Assembly: GCA_965206645.1 (NCBI GenBank)
Contig: CBDBKE010000001.1
Span: 256,001-320,000 of the forward strand
Source: Terriglobia bacterium
GTDB taxonomy: Bacteria > Acidobacteriota > Terriglobia > JAJPHL01 > JAPKYU01
Length of the DNA stretch: 64,000 nt
Direction of reading: 5' to 3'
Numbering within the stretch: position 1 is the first letter of the stretch; each line of letters starts with the position of its first letter. Made by a program: the position numbers and the translations under genes. Below the pieces are notes generated by a model. The model was not told where the DNA came from and made no database searches. It saw nothing but the letters and a program-made list of their open reading frames with translations. This document shows positions 20,552 to 31,129 of this stretch, piece after piece.

Positions 20552-20753
20552 CGATTCCTCCATTCACATGAAATTGCTGGCGCCACTCGGCTAGCTCCGA
20601 CAATCGGAAGCGGATCGAGCGGCCCATCATGCGGTAATGGGGAATCTGCTTTCGCTCGACGTAAGCATACACCAGCGAGGGGCTGACGCCCAGGAAGCGG
20701 GCGGCGGCCTTCACCGTGATCGGGGCTTCCCTCGCTTCTGTGTCCAGGCTCAT
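20535..20753 (-). CDS. Excisionase-like HTH_17 DNA-binding protein
   Basis: ITVKAAARFLGVSPSLVYAYV....IPHYR....IRFRLSEL; overlaps the integrase start. Confidence 0.88.
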   Translation of the reverse strand: MSLDTEAREAPITVKAAARFLGVSPSLVYAYVERKQIPHYRMMGRSIRFRLSELAEWRQQFHVNGGIDEQDR

Positions 20754-20968
20754 CCTTCCTCCTCTACTCTCCACGCCGGACCGAGCGCTCCGTCAGATCC
20801 ACCTTCCGCCCCGGATCGGCGAGTCCGGCGGCTTGCGTCTTCGGGAAAGACGCCGTACTCCTGGGCGATCCAGGCCGGGACTTCCAGCGTCTCGTCACCG
20901 TCCCGGCCGAGCTCCAGGGCGAAGTCCCTGATGGTATTCACCCGTATGATTTTTTCTTCATCCCTCAT
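20750..20968 (-). CDS. Small hypothetical protein
   Basis: 72-aa ORF overlapping both neighbours in the operon. Confidence 0.45.
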   Translation of the reverse strand: MRDEEKIIRVNTIRDFALELGRDGDETLEVPAWIAQEYGVFPEDASRRTRRSGAEGGSDGALGPAWRVEEEG

Positions 20969-21923
20969 TGTGTTCCCTCCAGATCGGCTTGATGATCCAG
21001 TGGTTCTGTGGCGCGTCGTAGCCCTGGACGAGCAGCGCTTCCTCCACGAAGCGGCGTCCCTCTCGCCGTGTCATGTGAATCACCATGGCGATGCCGTCCA
21101 CCACGCCCCGGCAGGTCACCTCCCAGGGAAGCTCACCGCCGCCCTGCATGGCGCAACTGGCGATGCGCGACAAGGCCGACTCGGCGTTGTTGGCGTGTAC
21201 GGTGGTGAGGGAGCCGCCGTGTCCGGTGTTGAGGGCTTGCAATAGATCAGCGGCCTCGCCGCCCCGGACCTCGCCCACCACGATGTGATCCGGGCGGTGA
21301 CGCAAGGCGTGGCGGACTAAATCACGGATCGTCACCGCTCCGGTTGCCAGTCCGCGAGCCTCGAAGCGGACGCAATTAGAGCGCTCAATGCGAAGCTCAA
21401 GGGTGTCCTCGATGGCGACGATGCGCTCGTCGTTGGGAAGCAATTCAATAAGTGCGTTAAGCAGGGTGGTCTTGCCCGATCCAGTGCCGCCTGAAACCAG
21501 GATGTTTCGCCGGGAGCGCAACACCCGCTCGGCTTCCGCTCGCACGTCTTCGGGGAGTGCGCCTTGCTTCACGAGATCATCCGCCGAGAACGCCCGCTTG
21601 CCAAAGCGCCGCATGGTGATCGCCACTTGAGGACTCGCGGGCGGAACACAGATGGCAACCCGCGAGCCGTCGTCCAGGCGCGCATCGACAATCGGCGAGC
21701 TCGCCGGATCCAAGCCCAAAGGACGGGCAATGTGGATGGCCGCCCGCAATAGGGCCGATTCGTCCAGGTCCGGCGCGTCATGTGCCGTCAACCGCCCGGC
21801 CCGCTCGACCCAGACATTGCCGGGGCCGTTAATCATGATCTCGCTGACTTCGGAATCTTCCAGGGCGCTTTCCAATCCCGGTAGAAATGGTTTCAGGTGT
21901 TCCAGTCCACTCGCGGTGCTCAT
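20958..21923 (-). CDS. CpaF/VirB11-family secretion ATPase
   Basis: VSEIMING, VDARL.DGSRV, Walker A SGGTGSGKTT, IEDTLEL, ALRHRPDHIVVGEVRG, NTGH.GSLTTVHAN. Confidence 0.92.
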   Translation of the reverse strand: MSTASGLEHLKPFLPGLESALEDSEVSEIMINGPGNVWVERAGRLTAHDAPDLDESALLRAAIHIARPLGLDPASSPIVDARLDDGSRVAICVPPASPQVAITMRRFGKRAFSADDLVKQGALPEDVRAEAERVLRSRRNILVSGGTGSGKTTLLNALIELLPNDERIVAIEDTLELRIERSNCVRFEARGLATGAVTIRDLVRHALRHRPDHIVVGEVRGGEAADLLQALNTGHGGSLTTVHANNAESALSRIASCAMQGGGELPWEVTCRGVVDGIAMVIHMTRREGRRFVEEALLVQGYDAPQNHWIIKPIWREHNEG

Positions 21924-24049
21924 AATTGACCCGCCGCTTTCGCTCTCCAATACGAATGTGCGAGGGGCAGATAGTGAGGCTTGAGGTAGACCCGGCGCGG
22001 TTCAATCGACTGCGACCCGTCATAGGGCAGACAGATCGCTTGACAGTTCGAGAGCAGCGTGAAGTCTCGCGGGTGAAACACGGCCTCGCGTTGCTCCCGG
22101 AAAGACTTGGTCGCGCCGATGCTGCCCCCGCCTCCACCGGCGCGGCCCGACAGCGGGGAGACTTCCGCCCGCTTGGAGGTCTCGCTGATGGTGTAGGATC
22201 CCTTGATCTTCGCCACCTGCCCGCACATTTCGCTTGCAATCTTGGCGCTGGCGTCGTCGCTGAGAGACAGGAAAATCCGTGTGCGGAGCGTCTGCAACAG
22301 CGACCGCCATGCTTCCGAGCTTCCCAACACGGAGCGGAGCGAGGAAATGGATTGCGTGGCGACAATCGGGATGCAGCGGCATTGCCGGGTCAGCGCAAAG
22401 GATTTCTCATCGCCCGATGGATCGTCCTCACCCACCGAAGCGAAGGCTTGATATTCGTCACAGATAAAGACGGCAGGCCGGAAATAGACCCCCGGCGACT
22501 CCTTCATCTTGGTCGGGCGCATGAGAAGCGCCTGTAGCCAGGCGTTCTTGAGCATCACGCCCACGGCGCGGGCCAGCGCCGGGTTCGATCCGGCGGGCAT
22601 GTTCAAGGCCAGCACCTTGCCCCTTTCGATCAATTCATAGAGCGGGGGCAGGTGTCGCGGCCCGGCGATTCGTTCCTCTTCGACCGGCGGGATCGACGTG
22701 GGCGCGGGTTTGTCTCCTTCCCCGCCGTCCGGCTTCTTGTTCAGTTCCTGGGCTTCTTCCCCGGCCCGCTTCGCGGCCCTGGCCTGAACTGCAATGGCTT
22801 GCGGATCGTCGGGGACTTCCGGCGGCCCCGGACAAAACACCTTTGCCACATCCGGCATATCGAACATGGCAAGGAACACCGAAACCCCCTCCACAATCGA
22901 GGACTTCACTTTGTTGTCCAGCGTTTGCCAGTCGTTGACAAACCAGCGCTTCACCGCCTCCACTCGTTCTCTCACTTCGTCGCCGGGTCCGGGGTCCCAA
23001 ACCACCCGGTAGGTCAGCTTGAGCTCGTCCAGTTTGTTGAGCATGGGACGGGAGTAGGCGGCCCGCACTTCTTCCGTTCCCGGTATGTCTTTCCATAGCC
23101 ATTCAGCCAAGGTCATGATGTGGGCTTGGTATACGACCTCTGGAATGAAAACCGTGCCTCTGTTCAACTCGTCGCTCCACGCTTCGGCTTGCTCGATCTT
23201 GGCAGCGAAAAGGTCCGGGTCGATGGCGCAGCGGTAGACCTGCTGCAACGTCACCCACCGTTCCGGGAAGATTCGGTGAAGCTCAATGATCCAGCGGACC
23301 AGATTGGTATAGGCTTGCTGCCAGAACGGTTCCTTGCCCTTGCCGAATAGCTGGTTGAGAAGGCTCGAAACGGTGTAGGCCAGCGAGTAGGAATCGAGCC
23401 ACCAGGCCGAGAGCGGGTTCCATTGCCAGCGGTCCTTCATGCCAAGCTCGATGTAGTCTTTTCCCCGGCCTGCCTCGGTCAGGATTTGGCGGATGTCGTG
23501 ACAGAAATCTCCCTTGACTTCGAGCATGAGCGCTGCCGCCCGCATCTGTGGATTCGCCGCTTGCCAGCCGAGAAGTTGCTTAGCGAAGGGGTGCATACAA
23601 GCCGAGGTCTTGCCGGACCCGACGGCCCCGAAGATCGCCACGCCGGTATACAGCCCGCGCTCCGGGATGGTGAGCCAGGAGGGATTGAAAATCTCCCGCG
23701 CCTCGACCGGATGATGGACCTCCCCGATGACGATGGCCGGGGCCGTTTGCCGGGGTGAAAGCGGCCAGGTCGGGAGCGCCCCAAAGGGCGCAAAATCCCG
23801 CCGCCGCGATTCCAGCCAGACCTTCCAGACGGACAAGAGAACGAGGCCCGCGAGCATGACGGCGAAGAAAGGCGAAGCGTAGTACCAGAGCATCACCCAG
23901 CCGTAGAAGTTCGGGGTGTGGTAGTCCATCAGATCGAGCAAGGGACTATCCCCAAGCATGGGGAAGGGACGGTGGACAAAGCTCCACAGGGCGTACCCCA
24001 GCGCGCCGAAAAACAGAAGGATGTGAGGAATGAAGCGCCTCCATTTCAT
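21920..24049 (-). CDS. VirD4/TraD-like type IV coupling protein
   Basis: Two N-terminal TM segments, Walker A GAVGSGKT, KGDF, WNPL, FICDEYQ, ATQS. Confidence 0.85.
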   Translation of the reverse strand: MKWRRFIPHILLFFGALGYALWSFVHRPFPMLGDSPLLDLMDYHTPNFYGWVMLWYYASPFFAVMLAGLVLLSVWKVWLESRRRDFAPFGALPTWPLSPRQTAPAIVIGEVHHPVEAREIFNPSWLTIPERGLYTGVAIFGAVGSGKTSACMHPFAKQLLGWQAANPQMRAAALMLEVKGDFCHDIRQILTEAGRGKDYIELGMKDRWQWNPLSAWWLDSYSLAYTVSSLLNQLFGKGKEPFWQQAYTNLVRWIIELHRIFPERWVTLQQVYRCAIDPDLFAAKIEQAEAWSDELNRGTVFIPEVVYQAHIMTLAEWLWKDIPGTEEVRAAYSRPMLNKLDELKLTYRVVWDPGPGDEVRERVEAVKRWFVNDWQTLDNKVKSSIVEGVSVFLAMFDMPDVAKVFCPGPPEVPDDPQAIAVQARAAKRAGEEAQELNKKPDGGEGDKPAPTSIPPVEEERIAGPRHLPPLYELIERGKVLALNMPAGSNPALARAVGVMLKNAWLQALLMRPTKMKESPGVYFRPAVFICDEYQAFASVGEDDPSGDEKSFALTRQCRCIPIVATQSISSLRSVLGSSEAWRSLLQTLRTRIFLSLSDDASAKIASEMCGQVAKIKGSYTISETSKRAEVSPLSGRAGGGGGSIGATKSFREQREAVFHPRDFTLLSNCQAICLPYDGSQSIEPRRVYLKPHYLPLAHSYWRAKAAGQL

Positions 24050-24090
24050 GGGTCCGTCTGCCTTCCGTCAGCGCCCCCGCTGGGGGCTGC

Positions 24091-24385
24091 TCCGAGCCTT
24101 CCCGCAGGGATCAATGAGGACGATAGCGACCCCATGGGGCAGCGATAGGGGCATGTGACACAGTGCCTCTATCGGGGCCACATGACCCCCCGGTTTTCGG
24201 GGGGGTCGCTATCGTCCTCCCCGATTCTGCTCCTTCGGCGCAGCGGAGGCCGAGTGACAAGGGAGAGCCACAGAAGAATGAGAGAGATACGGAAATATGG
24301 AGTTGGGACACCCTTTGTCGAAATCGTGTGACATCCCCCCCTCTGTGACTGTCACATTTAACACGCGGCCCCCAGTCACACGAAA
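24091..24385. promoter_or_regulatory. Structured non-coding element upstream of the coupling-protein gene (candidate oriT/oriV), copy A
   Basis: 20-bp box 24091-24110; perfect 18-bp inverted repeat 24116-24133 / 24202-24219; internal hairpins; TGTGAC repeats. Confidence 0.55.
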
Positions 24386-24388
24386 AAG

Positions 24389-25504
24389 GGCGTTGGTGCA
24401 TGAATCGTCCTCGGCTCCCCCGCTAGCATTGGCTCGGTGTTCCGATCCATCATGGAGATCAAGGGGGGCAACGTCATGGCCGCAGGGAAGTCGAGCCGAG
24501 TCAACCGCAAGTACAAGACGAAATGCAGAATCTGGAACTGGAGGGAGTACGAGCGGGGCCTCAGGAGCCGCGGCGACGTCACGATCTGGCTGAGCGAGGA
24601 GGCGATCGCCGCGTGGACACCGGCGAAGAACGGTCTCCGCGGAGGCCAGCGGCGGTACTCGAACCTCGCGATCTTGACCGCGTTGACGCTGCGGGTCGTC
24701 TTCCACCTGCCGCTTCGCCAGACCGAGGGTTTCCTAGACTCGCTGCTCAGCTTGATGGGCCTCGACCTCAAGGCCCCGGACCACACCACACTCTCGCGCC
24801 GGAACCAAATCGTTGAGGTGCCGCCTCTAACCCGAGCCCACGACGGCCCGATCCACTTGATCGTCGATTCCACGGGGCTCAAGATCCTGGGTTGCGGCGA
24901 ATGGAATTCGCACAAGTACAAGGCATCCAAGAAACGCCGGGACTGGCGAAAGCTGCACATCGGAGTGGATGACGAGGGGTTCATTGTGGCGGCCGAACTC
25001 ACGACGAGCAGCGGGGACGACGCCTCCGCCCTGCCGGATCTGCTCGACCAGATCGAGGCTCCCATCCGGCGTTTCACGGCGGACGGGGCCTACGACAACA
25101 GGGCGATCTACGATCGGGTCGGCGCGGCCGGTACAGAGGACGTCGTGATCGTGATCCCCCCTCGTCGCTGTGCGGTGTCCGCGGGGCCCACGGACGGCCC
25201 GTGGGCGCAACGAGAAGCGGCTCTTCAGAGAGTTCGTAAGATCGGACGACGAGAGTGGCAGAAGGAGTTGGGCTACCGACAGCAGGCGCGCGTTGAGAAC
25301 TGGTTCTTCCGATACAAGTCAGTGCTCGGAGGAAGCCTGAAGGCGAGGAACAGCAACGCGCAAAGGAAAGAGACCACGATCGGGTGTCACATCCTCAACC
25401 GGATGGCCGAGCTCGGCAGGCCGAAGTCCTACGCCGTGGTGTCATGAACGAGGGGTTGGGAAAACGGCCTGACTCGCGCCAAGGTTGAATCGTGCAACAG
25501 CGCC
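24389..25504 (+). mobile_element. IS5-family (IS903 group) element type A, transposase 24476-25447
   Basis: IRs GGCGTTGGTGCATGA / TCGTGCAACAGCGCC; NWREYE..L..RG, PDHTTLSRR, VDSTGLK, WRKLHIGVD, ADGAYD. Confidence 0.92.
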
Positions 25505-25791
25505 CCGAGGCGGCGCTAAAAACTTGGAGCAGCCGGGCGGGTGAGCAGAGCAGTCAACGGGAATATGGACCGAGCCGAAACGACCCGGAAGTGCAGGAGG
25601 AAATCAAGTACATCGAGACCGCGCTTAACAATGCGGACACAAGGATCATAGCGAAGTACGGAGGGGTCGAGGAAATCTCGGACAGGCTGATGGAACTGAA
25701 AGACCTTCCCAAGTCGAGCGGCCCCGGAGCCACCATCGACGACTACGAGACGTGGGTTTCTGACCGCTTGAGGGCGGAGGAAACAGTCTAG
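25505..25791 (+). pseudogene. 3' fragment of an unknown gene truncated by the IS5 element
   Basis: Open frame running from the IS end to a stop at 25791; no recognisable motif. Confidence 0.4.
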
Positions 25792-25879
25792 TGAACCGTA
25801 CTGATAGAACCTCAGATTTCAGGCGTTCCGGAGTCAAGGCCGGGGTCCAGGCCTTGCCGGACCATCGTGCCACAAATAT

Positions 25880-26151
25880 AAGGGGGGGTATGGGGCATAA
25901 ATCGGCTGGGTGGTGTTCCACCGCCATTTTCCTTACTTTGTTGTACCACAGTAGCTTAGACGCTACTACCAAGCCAGACCGTGCCGATACAGAGGAAAAG
26001 GGAAAGACGGAAGCGACCCCCCCCTTTTTGCCGCTCTAGCGGCAAACATGGCGGGGGTTTGGGGCAGGGTTTGTTACAGGGTTTGGGGCATACCCTGCCC
26101 CCCCTTATGGGGGTCGCTTCCGTCCAAATTGTCCCTGCGGGAAGGCTCGGA
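25880..26151. promoter_or_regulatory. Structured non-coding element, copy B (inverted, diverged homologue of 24091-24345)
   Basis: Identical 20-bp box (reverse complement) at 26132-26151; 16-bp inverted repeat 26006-26021 / 26109-26124; 12-bp tandem units GGGTTTGGGGCA / GGGTTTGTTACA / GGGTTTGGGGCA. Confidence 0.55.
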
Positions 26152-26290
26152 TAAAGGCCCATGCGCAGCAACGGATACGCGCCGGAGAGAGGCCGGATGA
26201 AATGGTGTCATCCGGTTGGTTCTGGTTGCTTTTCCAAGGAAGTTAGACTAGTTTTATGTCTAGTCATTCTTTTGGCGGAGGTAACGCTGC

Positions 26291-26551
26291 ATGAGCAAGA
26301 CATGGCAGGTGCAAGATGCCAAGGCGCGTTTCAGCGAGTTGCTTGAGACGAGTTTGGCCGAAGGCCCCCAGATCGTGACCAAACGGGGCGTGGAGACGGC
26401 CGTGCTGTTACCCATCGACGAGTGGCGACGATTGGAGAAGCGGGCTAGGCCGGATCTCAAGCAACTACTGCTCGCTCCAGAGGCTCGCACGGATGCGCTG
26501 ACGCCGCCACGGCCGCAGCATCGCCACCGCGTGTCTCCGAGCTTCGATTAA
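26291..26551 (+). CDS. Phd/YefM-family antitoxin
   Basis: WQVQDAKARFSELL...GPQIVTKRG...AVLL; upstream palindrome GACTAG...CTAGTC. Confidence 0.9.
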   Translation: MSKTWQVQDAKARFSELLETSLAEGPQIVTKRGVETAVLLPIDEWRRLEKRARPDLKQLLLAPEARTDALTPPRPQHRHRVSPSFD

Positions 26552-26555
26552 ATCC

Positions 26556-26978
26556 GTGTACCTGCTCGACACCAATGTCGTATCGGAACTGCGCCGTCCT
26601 CATCCGCATCCAACCGTCGTCCGGTGGATTGAAGAAGTGGCCGCCGATGAACTGTTCCTGTCCGCGGTGACGGTCGGGGAGATCCAAGCAGGCATCGAAC
26701 TCACCCGCGAGCAGGATGTCGCCAAGGCGGAGGAACTGGAAACATGGCTCAGCGCGGTGCTGGCCTCCTATAACGTCCTCCCCATGAACGCAACCACATT
26801 CCGGGAATGGGCGAGGCTCAAGCATCGCCGTTCAGACACTCTGCTGGAGGACGCCATGATCGCCGCGACGGCCGTGGTGCATCGGCTGACGATCGTGACC
26901 CGGAACGTGCGCGATTTTGACCAGCTCGGGGTAGATCTCCTGAATCCATTCGAACACGAATCCGACGTGCGGCGGTAA
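26556..26978 (+). CDS. vapC: VapC PIN-domain toxin
   Basis: [30 protein letters not shown]. Confidence 0.93.
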   Translation: MYLLDTNVVSELRRPHPHPTVVRWIEEVAADELFLSAVTVGEIQAGIELTREQDVAKAEELETWLSAVLASYNVLPMNATTFREWARLKHRRSDTLLEDAMIAATAVVHRLTIVTRNVRDFDQLGVDLLNPFEHESDVRR

Positions 26979-26997
26979 GCTGGAGGAATCACAACCT

Positions 26998-28617
26998 ATG
27001 GCGAGCCGGACACCCCCTAAGACGCGCACCCGCTCGGAAATGACTCCGCAGAGCACAGGTGCCACGACCGGCTATGAGGCCGAGCTTTGGCAGATGGCCG
27101 ACACCCTGCGCGGCTCGATGGACGCGGCCGAATACAAGCATGTCGTTCTCGGCCTGATTTTCCTGAAGTACATCTCCGATGCCTTCGAGGAGAGGCACGC
27201 CCGTCTCGAAGGCGAGAAGAAACAAGGCGCCGACCCGGAGGACCCGGACGAGTATCGCGCCGAGAACATCTTCTGGGTGCCGCCCGAGGCTCGATGGACG
27301 CATCTCAAAGCACAGGCAAAGCAACCCACCATCGGCCAGCTCATTGACGACGCCATGACCGGGATCGAGCGCGACAACCCGGCGCTCAACAACGTGCTGC
27401 CCAAGGACTACGCCCGCCCGGCGCTGGACAAACAGCGGCTTGGCCAGATCATCGATCTGATCAGCAACATCAGGGTCGGCGACGAGGAGGCCCGCTCCAA
27501 GGACGTGCTCGGCCGCGTCTACGAATATTTCCTGTCACAGTTCGCCAGCGCCGAGGGCAAGAAGGGTGGCGAGTTCTATACCCCGCGCTGTGTGGTCAAG
27601 CTGCTGGTCGAGATGCTGGAGCCCTATCGGGGCCGGGTCTACGATCCCTGCTGCGGATCGTCCGGCATGTTCGTACAATCGGTCGAGTTCATCCGCGCGC
27701 ACGCCACCGGCAACGGCAACGCTGGAAAAGCGCCCAAGGGCACCAAGGCCGACATCTCGATCTACGGGCAGGAGTCCAACTACACGACCTGGCGGCTGGC
27801 GAAGATGAACCTCGCCATCCGTGGCATCGACGGGCAGATCGCCCACGGCGACACGTTCCACAACGACCGCCACCCCGACCTCAAGGCCGATTTCATCCTG
27901 GCCAACCCACCCTTTAACGTCTCCGATTGGGGCGGCGAGCGGCTCACCGACGACAAGCGCTGGCAATACGGCGCCCCTCCCAAGGGCAACGCCAACTTCG
28001 CCTGGGTGCAGCATATGGTGCACCACTTGGCACCGGGCGGCACGGCCGGCTGCGTGCTCGCCAACGGCTCGATGTCGTCGGGCCAGTCGGGTGAGGGCCA
28101 GATCAGAAAAACCCTCATCGAGGCGGACCAGGTGGACTGCATGGTAGCGCTGCCGGGCCAGCTCTTCTATTCCACCCAGATTCCCGCCTGCCTGTGGTTC
28201 CTCGCCCGTGACAGGCGCAATGGCAAGCTCCGCGACCGGCGCGGCGAAGTGCTGTTCATAGACACCCGCAAGCTGGGCCGCATGGTGGACCGCACCCACC
28301 GTGAGCTGACGAATGAAGACATCGCCCGCATCACCGATACCTACCATGCCTGGCGTGGTGAGAAAGGCGCGTGTGAGTACGCCGACGTGCCCGGTTTCTG
28401 CAAGTCGGCGACATTGGAGGAGGTACGCAAGCACGGCCACGTGCTCACGCCCGGCCGCTACGTCGGTGCGGAAGCACAAGAGGACGACGGCGAGCCCTTC
28501 GCGGACAAGATGAAGCGGCTGGTTGCCGAACTGCGCCAGCAGCAGACCGAGGCCGGGAAGCTGGACGCCGCCATCAAGGCAAATCTCAAGAGCCTGGGGT
28601 TTGGGAACAGTCCGTGA
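26998..28617 (+). CDS. hsdM: Type I restriction-modification methyltransferase subunit M
   Basis: [38 protein letters not shown]. Confidence 0.95.
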   Translation: MASRTPPKTRTRSEMTPQSTGATTGYEAELWQMADTLRGSMDAAEYKHVVLGLIFLKYISDAFEERHARLEGEKKQGADPEDPDEYRAENIFWVPPEARWTHLKAQAKQPTIGQLIDDAMTGIERDNPALNNVLPKDYARPALDKQRLGQIIDLISNIRVGDEEARSKDVLGRVYEYFLSQFASAEGKKGGEFYTPRCVVKLLVEMLEPYRGRVYDPCCGSSGMFVQSVEFIRAHATGNGNAGKAPKGTKADISIYGQESNYTTWRLAKMNLAIRGIDGQIAHGDTFHNDRHPDLKADFILANPPFNVSDWGGERLTDDKRWQYGAPPKGNANFAWVQHMVHHLAPGGTAGCVLANGSMSSGQSGEGQIRKTLIEADQVDCMVALPGQLFYSTQIPACLWFLARDRRNGKLRDRRGEVLFIDTRKLGRMVDRTHRELTNEDIARITDTYHAWRGEKGACEYADVPGFCKSATLEEVRKHGHVLTPGRYVGAEAQEDDGEPFADKMKRLVAELRQQQTEAGKLDAAIKANLKSLGFGNSP

Positions 28618-28661
28618 CCTGCCGCGATGACAAGGTCTTCTTTTCTTACGCCGCGTGACGC

Positions 28662-28691
28662 TTGACGTCTATCGTCAACAATCGCTACACT
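28662..28691 (+). promoter_or_regulatory. higBA promoter with palindromic operator
   Basis: TTGACG-18 nt-TACACT; palindrome TTGACG-tctat-CGTCAA over the -35. Confidence 0.65.
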
Positions 28692-28700
28692 GGCGTTAGC

Positions 28701-28982
28701 ATGATTCTCGGATACCGGGACAAGAGAACCGAACTGTTCGCCGGTGGAGCTTTCGTCGCAGCATTCCAGGGATTTGAAAGGCAGGCAACGAAGCGGCTTT
28801 CAATCCTGAACGCGGCGCCATTGCTGGACACTTTGAGGGCCTTGCCAAGCAATCGCCTGGAAGCTCTCAGAGGCGAGAGAGAAGGACAGTACTCCATCCG
28901 GATCAACCGGCAATGGCGTATCAGCTTCACTTGGAGCGACGGTCCGGGGCCGACCGACGTTGAGATTGTGGACTATCACTAA
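28701..28982 (+). CDS. higB: HigB (RelE/ParE family) toxin
   Basis: PSNRLEALRGER.GQYSIRINRQWRI.F.W......VEIVDYH. Confidence 0.92.
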   Translation: MILGYRDKRTELFAGGAFVAAFQGFERQATKRLSILNAAPLLDTLRALPSNRLEALRGEREGQYSIRINRQWRISFTWSDGPGPTDVEIVDYH

Positions 28983-29002
28983 AAGCGAGGAGGACGGGAG
29001 GC

Positions 29003-29293
29003 ATGTTAAAGCGTGTCGTTCATCCCGGGGAGATTCTGAAAGACGAGCTTGCGGAACTGGGCGTGACCCCAACGACGTTCGCGCGCCAGATCAATGTGCC
29101 GCCGAACCGGGTCAGCCAGATTATCGCCGGCAAGCGTTCCGTGACCGGCGACACCGCCCTGCGGTTCGGGCACTGGTTCGGAGTCGATCCTCAATTCTGG
29201 CTGAACCTCCAGACGCAATTCGATCTCGTCGTCGCCGACCAGCGAGTTGGAGCGTCCGTGCGTGAATTGCCGGTCGCGCCGCAAGCGACGTAA
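29003..29293 (+). CDS. higA: HigA antitoxin (XRE HTH)
   Basis: HPGEIL, GKRSVTGDTALR, FWLNLQ. Confidence 0.92.
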   Translation: MLKRVVHPGEILKDELAELGVTPTTFARQINVPPNRVSQIIAGKRSVTGDTALRFGHWFGVDPQFWLNLQTQFDLVVADQRVGASVRELPVAPQAT

Positions 29294-29374
29294 TTACCGC
29301 CTGCTGTCGGTGTTTGTCTCTCCGAGGTATCACTGGGTGCAAGCGGGGAGCCGTTTGACAGGAGGAGTTCGGGT

Positions 29375-30483
29375 ATGGCGGGTGAGTGGTGTAGGTATAA
29401 CGTCAGTGAATTGATCGAGAAAGAGGCCCTTGCTATTGGGGATGGCTACCGAGCAAAAAATGCGGAACTTTCACGCACTGGTCTCCCGTTTGCGAGAGCA
29501 AGCAATATTGGAAATGGATTTCACTTTTCTGACGCTGACTGCTTTCCTGAGGATCATACGTACAAGCTTGGCGAAAAGATTAGCCGACCCGGCGATGTTG
29601 TGTTTACGTCTAAGGGAACGGTTGGTCGATTTGCCTTCGTAAGAGAGGAAACTCCGCGTTTTGTCTATTCGCCACAACTCTGCTATTGGAGACCTCTAGA
29701 CAAAGAGATCCTAGACGCACGCTTCCTCTATTACTGGATGGCAAGCCGCGAATTCCTCTTGCAAGTCAAGAGTGTTGCCAGCCAGACCGATATGGCGGAA
29801 TACGTTAGTCTTCGGGATCAGCGCCAAATGCACATCACTGCTCCGCCCCCCCCCGAACAACGCGCCATCTCCCACATCCTGGGCACGCTGGACGACAAGA
29901 TCGAGTTGAACCGGCGAATGAACGAGACGCTCGAAGCAATGTCGCGGGCGCTGTTCAAGTCCTGGTTTGTCGATTTCGACCCCGTTCGCGCCAAGATGGA
30001 AGGCCACGACCCCGGTCTGCCCCAACACATCGCCGACCTCTTCCCCGACCGGCTTGTGGAGTCCGAGCTCGGCCAAATTCCCGAGGGGTGGGAGGTAAAG
30101 ACACTTGGAAGCGTTGCGGATAATCCGAGGCGAGGAGTTCGGGCACAGGAAATCGATCCTGGAACACCCTACATCGCACTTGAGCACATGCCGAAGCAGT
30201 GCATCGCGCTTTCAGAATGGGGCACTGCTGATGACGTATCTAGCGGTAAATTCGAGTTCACACGAGGCGACATTCTGTTTGGCAAGCTTCGCCCATACTT
30301 CCACAAAGTGGGCATTGCCCCACTACAGGGAGTCTGCTCAACCGATATTGTCGTCATTTCGCCAGTCTCTCATGACTGGTTCGGCTTCATTCTCGGCCAC
30401 GTATCCAGCTCAGAGTTCGTCGATTACACGAGCGCCGGATCCACAGGAACGAAGATGCCGCGCACCAAGTGGAGCGATATGGC
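29375..30483 (+). pseudogene. hsdS: Type I R-M specificity subunit S, truncated in the second TRD by IS30
   Basis: PPPPEQRAISHILGTLDDKIELNRRMNETLE..ALFKSWF, ELGQIPEGW, GSTGTKMPR; sequence switches to the IS30 inverted repeat at 30484. Confidence 0.9.
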
Positions 30484-31129
30484 CGGTGGTCTCAACCCAT
30501 CGACGCAACACTTTGCCTTGAAAGGAGGAGGTGGAGTGTATGCGGATGAAGCAAAGAGCTCGTCGCGGTTACACGCTGGCGGAACTGGAGGAGGTGTGGG
30601 ATCGGTGGAAACGAGGGGAGTCGCTCAAGTCGATTGGACGAGTGTTTTGTAAGCAGCCATCGTCTGTTTACCATCAGCTTGCTCCGTACGGAGGCATCCG
30701 TCCTCGGCCACCACGCCGTTCATGTTGGGCACTGACGTTGTCGGAGCGCGAAGAGATCTCTCGAGGCATTGCGGCACATCAATCGATACGATCCATCGCC
30801 GGGTTGCTGGGTCGCTCACCATCGACGGTGAGCCGGGAGATTCGGCGGAATGGCGGCGATAATGACTATCGAGCAGCGGAGGCCGATGAGCAAGCCGGGG
30901 AGAGGGCCCGCCGGCCGAAGCGGTGTCAGCTGGTCAAGCATCCACAACTACGACGGGTAGTGGCCAGAAAGCTCAGCATAAACTGGTCGCCTGAGCAGAT
31001 CGCCAGCTGGCTGAAACGAGCCTATCCGAAGGATCCGTCCTATCACGTGTCTCACGAGACCATCTACCGCAGCCTGTTTGTTCAAGCCCGCGGTGCGCTG
31101 AAGGCAGAGCTGATGCAGCATCTGCGGTC
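30484..31129 (+). mobile_element. IS30-family element, 5' part only (truncated by IS3)
   Basis: Matches the reverse complement of ~37065-37710; ends at IS3 IR TGACCAG. Confidence 0.9.

Noticed and set aside
24091-26151. Group II intron ends or integron attC sites as an explanation for the hairpins
   Set aside because: No domain V motif or reverse transcriptase, no RYYYAAC...GTTRRRY cassette boundaries, and no IntI-type integrase.
30484-30652. Gly-rich C-terminal extension of HsdS as a real domain
   Set aside because: It is read-through into the IS30 left end.
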